From Acidobacteriota bacterium (lineage in GTDB: Bacteria; Acidobacteriota; CAIWXX01), in the NCBI GenBank assembly GCA_040755995.1, contig JBFMAF010000042.1, positions 37,980-101,979 on the forward strand: 64,000 bases of DNA. The letters are read 5' to 3'. Made by a program: the position numbers and the translations under genes. Shown here piece after piece: positions 18,437-25,938 of the stretch. The notes below the pieces were generated by a model. That model was not told where the DNA came from. It saw nothing but the letters and a program-made list of their open reading frames with translations, and searched no databases. Every line of letters begins with the position of its first letter. The first letter of the stretch is position 1.

Positions 18437-19471
18437 ATGGAAATGTTCAATGTGTGGATGCCGATCGCCGGCATGCAATTCAATGTCCTACTACTACTCC
18501 TGATCGGCTTCACAGTAGGCGTGTGCGGCGGCTTCTTTGGAATCGGGGGCGCCTGGATCGTCACGCCCGCACTCAACATCTTCGGCTTCCCGATGCCCTA
18601 CGCCATCGGAACCGACCTGGCCCACATGGGCGGGAAATCAATCGTGTCCACCATTCGGCACGGCAAGTTCGGGAATGTCGACATACGACTCGGGATATCG
18701 ATGATCGTCGGCACGACGGTCGGAATGGAGTTGGGCGCGAAGCTGGTCATGTGGCTCGAGCGCTTAGGATTGGCCGATTCGGTCATCCGGAAGGCGTACG
18801 TGGTGTTCCTGGCCTTCATCGGGAGCTACGTTCTTCTTGACTACATAAAGTACACCCGCCGGCAGCGCCTGGCCCGAAAGCAGATGGCCCCGGCGCCACA
18901 TGCCGACACCATCGCGCACCGCCTGCAGCGGCTCCGCATTCCCCCCATGATCTACTTCAAGGCTTCGGGCATCACCTGCTCGATCTGGCTCCCGATCCTG
19001 GTCGGCCTCACTACCGGAATCGTCGCCAGCGTCCTGGGTGTCGGCGGTGGGTTCATTCGGATGCCGGCGCTGATCTACCTGGTCGGCTGTCCGACGCTGG
19101 TCGCCGTGGGCACGGACCTGTTCGAGGTGATGATAACTGGCGCATACGGAGCCTTTACCTACGGCATCAAGGGCCGAGTAGAGATCATCGCCGCAATGTG
19201 GATGCTCCTCGGCGCCGCCGCGGGCGCCCAGATGGGCACCATAGCCGTGAAGTACGTGCGCGGATACTCGATCCGGCTCCTCTTCGCCGTGACCATCTTC
19301 ATCGCCTGCGCCTCGGTGCTGCTGAAGCAGCTCGAGCTTCAGATCGCATCGGCGACCCTCATCCTGACCGCCGGCATCGCCATCAGCCTCGTGATTCTGA
19401 TCCTGCTGGTCAGAGGCGTCAGGAAGGAGCGCGAAACGCGGCGCGCGGGCTCCGGCGACACCCGTCTATAG
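18437..19471 (+). CDS. TSUP (TauE/SafE-family) transporter 1
   Basis: Duplicated GGFFGIGG...TPAL...AIGTDL and GVGGGF...PALIY...AVGTDL motifs. Confidence 0.9.
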   Translation: MEMFNVWMPIAGMQFNVLLLLLIGFTVGVCGGFFGIGGAWIVTPALNIFGFPMPYAIGTDLAHMGGKSIVSTIRHGKFGNVDIRLGISMIVGTTVGMELGAKLVMWLERLGLADSVIRKAYVVFLAFIGSYVLLDYIKYTRRQRLARKQMAPAPHADTIAHRLQRLRIPPMIYFKASGITCSIWLPILVGLTTGIVASVLGVGGGFIRMPALIYLVGCPTLVAVGTDLFEVMITGAYGAFTYGIKGRVEIIAAMWMLLGAAAGAQMGTIAVKYVRGYSIRLLFAVTIFIACASVLLKQLELQIASATLILTAGIAISLVILILLVRGVRKERETRRAGSGDTRL

Positions 19472-19487
19472 GGTAGGAGACAACATC

Positions 19488-19814
19488 ATGAAACGAATGA
19501 TTGCACTTATGTGTCTTGCCGTTCTTCTCGTGTCGAGCTCCTCATGCATCCAGGTGCCTAAGGTTTTCCAAGGCACCGTTATCAGCTACGATGCCGACAA
19601 CAAGGTGGTTGTGGCGAAGGATGAGCTCCCGCCCGGCGACGAGGTCCAGTTCTCTCTGGCCGGCGCGGATCTCGGCGCCGAACCGGCCGTCGGAGACCTG
19701 ATTCGCGTCGCGTACAAAGATGACGGGGGCCGGCGCACGGCCACGCGCGTCATGAACCTGACGCGTCAGGCCGAGGTCGGCAAGAAGGGCAGCGCGGGCG
19801 GCGGCATTCACTAG
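19488..19814 (+). CDS. Putative lipoprotein (OB-fold/DUF4881-like)
   Basis: Signal peptide ending SSSSC; QGTVISYD; GAEPAVGDLIRVAY. Confidence 0.65.
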   Translation: MKRMIALMCLAVLLVSSSSCIQVPKVFQGTVISYDADNKVVVAKDELPPGDEVQFSLAGADLGAEPAVGDLIRVAYKDDGGRRTATRVMNLTRQAEVGKKGSAGGGIH

Positions 19815-20007
19815 GCTGCCCGAGAGCACAAGTCCGAAATCGCTTTCTTGGCTCGCCACTCGGCGGATTATATACGATGTTCCGTGCCGGACTTCGAGGT
19901 GATGTCGAAGGGTGGGGGTTTGTCATGCCCGCGATCACCCAGACAACGGAAGCCCGGAGCCGGCCCGTCCTATTCATTACTCATTCATTACAAGGAGGAC
20001 TGATTCT

Positions 20008-20565
20008 ATGGGTGAACCGTCAAAGGGTCGCGCTGCGGTCAAGTTTCTATTCTGGACAGCAGCTGCCATCGGCATGATCCTGATCGTCGTGCGCGCGCAC
20101 ACTTCCGGCCAGATGGCCGCATGGTTCTACTACTCGGCCGCCGACGACGGCTACGCCGTCAATGCCGACAGCTTCGTGAACGCAACCAAGTCGAACCCCG
20201 CCGTTCTACAGGTGGGCGCGTTCGGGCGGATCGAGGGGCGCCAGGCAGTGCCCGTCAAGAAAGGCGACCGCCTCCCTCTCAACGCGAACGGAGTGATTCT
20301 CGCGAAGGTCCTGAAGGACGGGAAGAGGGCCACGCTCCAAGGTAATGAGCTTACAGTGACGGTGCCGTGGGAGATTCAGCAGTCCAAGGGGTTCAAATTC
20401 AAGGACACGTTCAAGCACAAGGGGATCAAGACGTATCCGTGGGGAGCGGTCTGGAACGTGCTGGTCGTGGCTGGATTGGGTCTGTCGCTCGGATTCATGG
20501 CCGAGGGTTTCACGGATCTGATCGGGATCAAGTTCGAGAAGATCCAGCATTTCGAAGGGCACTGA
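20008..20565 (+). CDS. Two-TM membrane protein; C-terminus resembles the DVU0150-like protein
   Basis: AAGGAGG RBS. C-terminal GLGLSLGFMAEGFTDLIGIKFEKIQHFE aligns by eye with MGLVLGFGFDRVIKSLGIDLGRLEHHE. Confidence 0.7.
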   Translation: MGEPSKGRAAVKFLFWTAAAIGMILIVVRAHTSGQMAAWFYYSAADDGYAVNADSFVNATKSNPAVLQVGAFGRIEGRQAVPVKKGDRLPLNANGVILAKVLKDGKRATLQGNELTVTVPWEIQQSKGFKFKDTFKHKGIKTYPWGAVWNVLVVAGLGLSLGFMAEGFTDLIGIKFEKIQHFEGH

Positions 20566-20585
20566 GGGGAGGAGGGTGAATCGAC

Positions 20586-21647
20586 ATGTTTGGCCTTCCT
20601 GTTGCGGGTATTGAAGTTCCTATCCTTCTGCTGGTCCTGGTTGGGTTCACCGTAGGGACCGTCGGGGGTTTTATCGGCGTCGGGGGCGGCTACATGGTGA
20701 CTCCGGCGCTCATCGTTTTCGGCTTCCCAGGCTACATGGCCTCCGGAATCGACATGACCCACATCGCCGGAAAGGGATTGGTGTCAACCGTCCGTCACCG
20801 GCAGCTCGGCAACATCGACTGGACCATGGCGCTCAGCATGGTTGCCGGAACCATGTTGGGTGTGGAGCTCGGCGTCCGGCTGCTCGTGTATTTCAAGAAG
20901 CTGGGTTTGTCGTCCATCGTGCTGCTCATGACGTCGGTCGTTGTCATGTTCGGGATCTTCCTCTACACTCAGATCGAGACCCACCGGGCTCACCGGAAGA
21001 TCGAACAGATGGCGCGGGATGGGAAGAAAGTCGGGCGGGAGCTTCAGACGAGCTCGCTGCCGAAGTTTTTCCAGAACATCCCACTCGCCCCGATCGTGCG
21101 CTGCCGAACGGCACGAGTCGTGGTCTCGATGTGGGTCATCGTCGTGGTGGGCATCGTGACCGGAGTGCTCGCAGGGTTCCTCGGTGTCGGCGGCGGGTTC
21201 ATTCGCGTGCCGGCGCTGGTCTACATCGTGGGCTCATCGACGCATATCGCCGTGGGCACCGACCTGGTCGAGATCGTGTTCTCGGGCGGCTATGGTGCCC
21301 TGAGGCACTCGATCGAGGGACACGTGGATATGATGGCCGTGCTGTTCATGATCTGCGGCGCGATGCTCGGGGCCCAGTTCGGGAGCATAGCCACATCGTT
21401 CGTGCGTGGGCCGGCTATCCGGTACATACTCAGCTACTCACTCATCCTGGCGACTACCGGCGCCGTGTTGCGGCTGGCATACGTCCTGACGGGCCAGTCG
21501 ATCGAGCTGCTCTCGCTCTTCGCCGTCATGCTCACACTCGGGGAGATGATCTTCCTCTGCATGTTCATTGTCTCGCTTGTCTGGTTCGCCGTGCGACGCA
21601 GGCACGGAAAGCCGGTGCCGCCGTGGGTCACTCCACTGGTGGTGTGA
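20586..21647 (+). CDS. TSUP (TauE/SafE-family) transporter 2
   Basis: GGFIGVGGGYMVTPAL and GFLGVGGGFIRVPALVY...AVGTDL; paralog of 18437-19471. Confidence 0.9.
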   Translation: MFGLPVAGIEVPILLLVLVGFTVGTVGGFIGVGGGYMVTPALIVFGFPGYMASGIDMTHIAGKGLVSTVRHRQLGNIDWTMALSMVAGTMLGVELGVRLLVYFKKLGLSSIVLLMTSVVVMFGIFLYTQIETHRAHRKIEQMARDGKKVGRELQTSSLPKFFQNIPLAPIVRCRTARVVVSMWVIVVVGIVTGVLAGFLGVGGGFIRVPALVYIVGSSTHIAVGTDLVEIVFSGGYGALRHSIEGHVDMMAVLFMICGAMLGAQFGSIATSFVRGPAIRYILSYSLILATTGAVLRLAYVLTGQSIELLSLFAVMLTLGEMIFLCMFIVSLVWFAVRRRHGKPVPPWVTPLVV

Positions 21648-21681
21648 CATGGTGGGACCGGACGAGGTTTGGAGGTGACTC

Positions 21682-21798
21682 ATGAAAGCACTCAGATGGT
21701 TCGTCGACTCGATGCTCGGCTATTGGATTCTGCTTCTGGTCATATCCCTCGGTGCCGCAGCATGCATCTATGAGATCTGGCTCAAGGGAAGGATCTAG
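21682..21798 (+). CDS. 38-aa single-TM micro-protein (not in ORF track)
   Basis: GGAGGTG RBS; MKALRWFVDSMLGYWILLLVISLGAAACIYEIWLKGRI. Confidence 0.6.
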   Translation: MKALRWFVDSMLGYWILLLVISLGAAACIYEIWLKGRI

Positions 21799-21804
21799 GG
21801 GGGC

Positions 21805-22011
21805 ATGATGAACAAGACGTGGCAGATTATCGCTAACCTGGTCCTCTACGTGTTCCTACTCTGGCTGCTCTACGATTCTACGATCAAAGAGTGGGACCCG
21901 TGGTTCGCGTTCGTCGTGGCCTTCGTGCTGCTGCTGGCGATCATCATCAGCCTGATCCCGGCGCTGCACGCACCCAAGGTGTCGCCCGGGTCCTACCCGT
22001 TCGAAGACTGA
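21805..22011 (+). CDS. 68-aa two-TM small protein
   Basis: Two hydrophobic helices; starts 6 bp after the previous stop. Confidence 0.6.
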   Translation: MMNKTWQIIANLVLYVFLLWLLYDSTIKEWDPWFAFVVAFVLLLAIIISLIPALHAPKVSPGSYPFED

Positions 22012-22200
22012 TGACAGCATAGAGAAGGCGACCAGAAAGGGAGCCCGCCATACAGCGCGTCAGACGTCCAGAGCAGATTCTACGAGTCGGAGCAGTGTGG
22101 GACGCGCTGTATTCGCTGCCGGGCCGTCGCCCCAGACGGCTCGGCAATGCACGAGCGTTCCGTGCGACGGTCGGCCCTCCTGCTTGATGAGACGCACTCA

Positions 22201-22875
22201 ATGAACAACGCACCAATGAGCAGCGAAGCGCTACGCGCGAGCATAGGTGACCTGTATGCGAGGCGGGACAGGGGGGAGGTACACGGGCGCCGGTTCGAGC
22301 GTGAGCTCGCTGAGAAGACCGTGGAGCTGTACCGCTCGGTGATCAAGGATCGCCTCCAGAAAGACGAGGCGATCCTGGGAGAGCATCACGTGATCCATTC
22401 CCACCTGCGGCTCAGCCAGTCGATCCTGAGGGACCCCGATCAGATCGCCGTCAGCCTGTTCGGCACGGACCGGCGTCTGCTCCGAATCCGTTCAGTGATC
22501 GCACCGGGCCGGCCCGTAACCTGCGACCAGAGAGACCAGACAGTGGTCGACGTAATACCGTACTCGATAATGAGGGGACTGCACGTGCGCCGGGAGATCA
22601 GGACTGGGGAGATGACTGCCGGTGTCGTCATCTGCGTAGTGGCGCTGTTGTTCCGATCGTGGCTCTGGATTACCGGAACGCTCCTGATCGCGCTCGGCGT
22701 CCTCGGAATCATCCACGGGCTGCTTCTACCGACGCGGTGGATCGAAATCGAGCTGGCGGGCGACAGGGACGCAGAGCCGGTGCGGGTGCACGGTCTCCGG
22801 AGAGGCAGCGCGCGGCGGCTTGTTCGCCTTCTGCGCGAGAAAGTCGCCGGCTCAGCTCAATACAAAGCAACATAG
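22201..22875 (+). CDS. Hypothetical membrane protein; start uncertain
   Basis: Long ORF in operon orientation with two TM helices near the C-terminus. Confidence 0.55.
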   Translation: MNNAPMSSEALRASIGDLYARRDRGEVHGRRFERELAEKTVELYRSVIKDRLQKDEAILGEHHVIHSHLRLSQSILRDPDQIAVSLFGTDRRLLRIRSVIAPGRPVTCDQRDQTVVDVIPYSIMRGLHVRREIRTGEMTAGVVICVVALLFRSWLWITGTLLIALGVLGIIHGLLLPTRWIEIELAGDRDAEPVRVHGLRRGSARRLVRLLREKVAGSAQYKAT

Positions 22876-22885
22876 GCTGGAACCC

Positions 22886-23326
22886 ATGTCATTGACCGAT
22901 TCCATCACAGACGATCGGGAGTCACGCCCCATCCGCGTGCTCGTCGTGGATGACGAGGCGCCGTTCCGTGAGACGCTTTGCAAGGTGCTCAGCCGGCGGG
23001 GCATGGAAGTGATCGCTGCCGCCACCGGGCAAGAAGGGCTCGAGAAGCTGGCGGCGCAGGCCGTCGATGTCGTGGTCCTGGATCTCCGGATGCCCGGCAT
23101 GGACGGGCTCACTACGCTTCGCATGATCAATGACCTCCACCCCCGTGCGCGCGTGATCATTCTGACGGGGCATGGGACTACCGATGCCGGGCTGGAGGCG
23201 CTCAGGAACCGGGCCTTCGATTTCCTGCTGAAGCCGGCCGCGACGGAACAGCTGGTAGAGGTCATAGTAAGCGCCGCCCTGACCGCGCGCGAAGCGCAGG
23301 ATGATCAGTCGGGACCCAAGAGCTGA
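22886..23326 (+). CDS. Single-domain response regulator
   Basis: VLVVDDE, VLDLRMPGMDG, LTGHG and FLLKP motifs. Confidence 0.9.
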   Translation: MSLTDSITDDRESRPIRVLVVDDEAPFRETLCKVLSRRGMEVIAAATGQEGLEKLAAQAVDVVVLDLRMPGMDGLTTLRMINDLHPRARVIILTGHGTTDAGLEALRNRAFDFLLKPAATEQLVEVIVSAALTAREAQDDQSGPKS

Positions 23327-23453
23327 TAGAATGCGGTGCCGGGAGGAAGTGCGGGGATGCGCGGGAGCTGTGAGCTCACAGCGTGACGAGCGGTGACCCG
23401 CGAAGGGGAGATGCCTTTGCGTAGGACCGGCGCGGGCTGGGAGTCGGGGTGCT

Positions 23454-25151
23454 ATGCCTGAAACACCGGATAGCCATTACCGGCAGATGTTCCGGACCCT
23501 GGTGTGGCGGCTGCTGCTCGTCACCTTGCTTCCCTTGATTGTCATCGGAGGCGCGAACTTCTACCTGTTCTACAGCTTGAATCGATCGATCGTGATCGAG
23601 CAGCATGCCAACGCGCTGCGATCGGATCGCGAATCGATCGAAGCGTTCCTGAGGAACGTGACTACGGAGCTGAAGGCTATCGCCAATCGCTTCTCGCTCG
23701 AAGAGCTGAAGGCTGGGAACCTGGAGCGCGTCTTCCAGGTCATCCAGCAGTCGGGAGTTTTCACCGACATCGGGATCATAGACCGCAACGGAGACCACGT
23801 TACGTACATCGGACCCTACGACCTCTCGGGGCGCAACTACCGCCACACCGAATGGTTTCAGCGCGTCATGCAGGAAGGGGTGTACATCAGCGACGTGTTT
23901 CTCGGCTTTCGCGGTGTGCCCCATTTCATCGTAGCAGTAAAGCGGAATGAGGGTGATACCTTCTGGATCCTGCGCGCCACGTTCAACACCGACTACTTCA
24001 GCAACCTCGTCGACGCCATACGCATAGGCGAGACCGGCGAGACCTTCATCGTCAACAGCCAGGGGCTCTTCCAGACCAAGACGCGGTTCGCCGGCGAGCT
24101 TCTGACCCCTTCTGGATTCCCCGACTTGACGCCCCACCCCGGGATTCGAGTGCGGGAGATGACTGTCGATGGGAGGGGCTACCTGTACACGACCACCTGG
24201 CTGAACAACCCGCAGTGGCTGGTAATCTTCCGCCAGGCCAGCTCCGATGTGTACTCACCGCTCCGGCGCGCAGTCCTCATGGGGTTCTCCATTTCGGCGT
24301 TAGGAGCCCTGGCCGCCATCGGTCTCGCGATCATCGTCGCCGGCGCTCAGGTCCGGCACATCAAGAAGACGGACAGGGAGAAGGAGGCGCTGACGCAGCG
24401 CCTGCTGGTCACCGGCAAGACCGCTGCGGTCGGCGAGATGAGCGCAGGTGTGGCCCACGAGATCAACAACCCGCTCGCCACAATCGACACCCTCCAGACG
24501 TGGATCAGCGAGCTGGCACGATCGAGCCCTATCAGCGAGGAGGATCGCCAGGAGATCCTGGACTCTGCGAAAAAGATCGGCCAGCAGGTGGAACGATGCA
24601 AGACCATCACGCAAGGGCTGCTGAAGTTCTCGCGGAAGGTGGAGACGACGGCAGAAGAGCTGGACCTGAATCGCCTGCTGGAAGAACTGGCGGCGTTCTG
24701 CCGTACGCGGGCCCGCGTCGAGAACGTGACCGTGCAGACGGCGCTGCGCCTGATCCCCACGATCGTCGGCCCGCCAGGGCACCTTCAGCAGATATTCGTC
24801 AATCTGCTCAACAACGCCCTGGACGCCGTCGCGGGCAAGCCCAACGGCATGGTGCTCATCCGTTCTCGTTACTCCGACGGCAAGGTCAAGGTCGAGGTGT
24901 CGGACAACGGGAGCGGCATTCCCGCCGAGAACGTGTCGCGCATCTTCCTGCCCTTCTTCACGACCAAGCCGGTGGGACAAGGCACTGGGTTGGGGCTGGC
25001 CATCGTCTACGGCCTGGTGCAGGATCTGGGCGGCTCGATCAACGTCGAGAGCACCGTCGGCGTCGGCAGCACGTTCTCCGTACAGCTGCCGCTGCATCCG
25101 CCGCCCGAAGGTCAAGGGGAAAGGGCAAAGGGTAAAGGGTCAAGGGATTAG
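23454..25151 (+). CDS. Membrane sensor histidine kinase (Cache-like sensor, HisKA, HATPase)
   Basis: Two TMs; AHEINNPL, NLLNNALDA, DNGSGI and FFTTKPVGQGTGLGL motifs. Confidence 0.92.
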   Translation: MPETPDSHYRQMFRTLVWRLLLVTLLPLIVIGGANFYLFYSLNRSIVIEQHANALRSDRESIEAFLRNVTTELKAIANRFSLEELKAGNLERVFQVIQQSGVFTDIGIIDRNGDHVTYIGPYDLSGRNYRHTEWFQRVMQEGVYISDVFLGFRGVPHFIVAVKRNEGDTFWILRATFNTDYFSNLVDAIRIGETGETFIVNSQGLFQTKTRFAGELLTPSGFPDLTPHPGIRVREMTVDGRGYLYTTTWLNNPQWLVIFRQASSDVYSPLRRAVLMGFSISALGALAAIGLAIIVAGAQVRHIKKTDREKEALTQRLLVTGKTAAVGEMSAGVAHEINNPLATIDTLQTWISELARSSPISEEDRQEILDSAKKIGQQVERCKTITQGLLKFSRKVETTAEELDLNRLLEELAAFCRTRARVENVTVQTALRLIPTIVGPPGHLQQIFVNLLNNALDAVAGKPNGMVLIRSRYSDGKVKVEVSDNGSGIPAENVSRIFLPFFTTKPVGQGTGLGLAIVYGLVQDLGGSINVESTVGVGSTFSVQLPLHPPPEGQGERAKGKGSRD

Positions 25152-25158
25152 GTAGAGT

Positions 25159-25554
25159 ATGTCACCAATCAAAGTCCTTCTGGTCGACGACGAGAGGCCA
25201 TTCACCGACACGCTTTCGAAGGTCTTGCGACGGAGAGGTTACGAGGTCGACGTTGCGATCGACGGCGAGTCCGCCCTGAGGGCGGTCCGGGCCCGCAAGT
25301 TCGATGTGGTAGTTCTGGACGTCAAGATGCCAGGCAAAGATGGCATACAGGTTCTGGGGGAGATCAAGGAGCACGACACATCGGTCGAGGTTATCCTGCT
25401 GACAGGGCACGTCTCCCTGTCAGAGGAGGCGCTCGGGTTGAAGACGGGCGCCTTTGCCTACTTGCTCAAGCCGCACCCGGTGCCCGATCTCGTGGAACGC
25501 ATCGAAGCCGCAGCGGCCAGGAGCCGTGCGTCCGGACGCAGCTCGAAGAGCTGA
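25159..25554 (+). CDS. Single-domain response regulator
   Basis: VLLVDDE, VLDVKMPGKDG, LTGH and YLLKP motifs. Confidence 0.9.
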   Translation: MSPIKVLLVDDERPFTDTLSKVLRRRGYEVDVAIDGESALRAVRARKFDVVVLDVKMPGKDGIQVLGEIKEHDTSVEVILLTGHVSLSEEALGLKTGAFAYLLKPHPVPDLVERIEAAAARSRASGRSSKS

Positions 25555-25640
25555 GAGAGCGCCGCCGAGCTCAGCAGGGGCGCTGGGCCGCCGTGCCTCG
25601 TGGGTCGGGTGCGGCAACCGGCCATGAGAAGAGGCGCTAT

Positions 25641-25727
25641 CTATCTTCTCTTCTTCTTGCGCCGGGTCTTCCCGTACGATCCTCTGTAGATCTTCCCTCT
25701 TCTGGTCCTCTTGTCGCCTTTTCCCAT
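25641..25727 (-). CDS. thx: 30S ribosomal protein bTHX (Thx), 28 aa (not in ORF track)
   Basis: MGKGDKRTRRGKIYRGSYGKTRRKKKRR matches the Thx signature GKGD-x-x-T-x-RGKI-x-x-G-[ST]-YGK; GAAGGA RBS. Confidence 0.9.
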   Translation of the reverse strand: MGKGDKRTRRGKIYRGSYGKTRRKKKRR

Positions 25728-25812
25728 CGTGGGCTTTCCTTCTCGAAACGGAATCAAGTCTTACGCTGGCCGCCTGTCTCCGCCCAGACTCGCGCGTGCG
25801 GGCAACAGGTGC

Positions 25813-25842
25813 AATCTATGACTCTTGCGAGGTGGGTGTCAA
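25813..25842 (-). promoter_or_regulatory. Sigma70-type promoter of thx
   Basis: Minus strand TTGACA-18 bp-TAGATT. Confidence 0.55.
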
Positions 25843-25938
25843 GCGACGAACGGGGGCAGGGGCGGCAACCCCGCCGGATCGCTTCTGCATTCGTGAATGC
25901 CGTCGCGAACGTGAAGGAATGCCTCTGCGCCGCACTGT

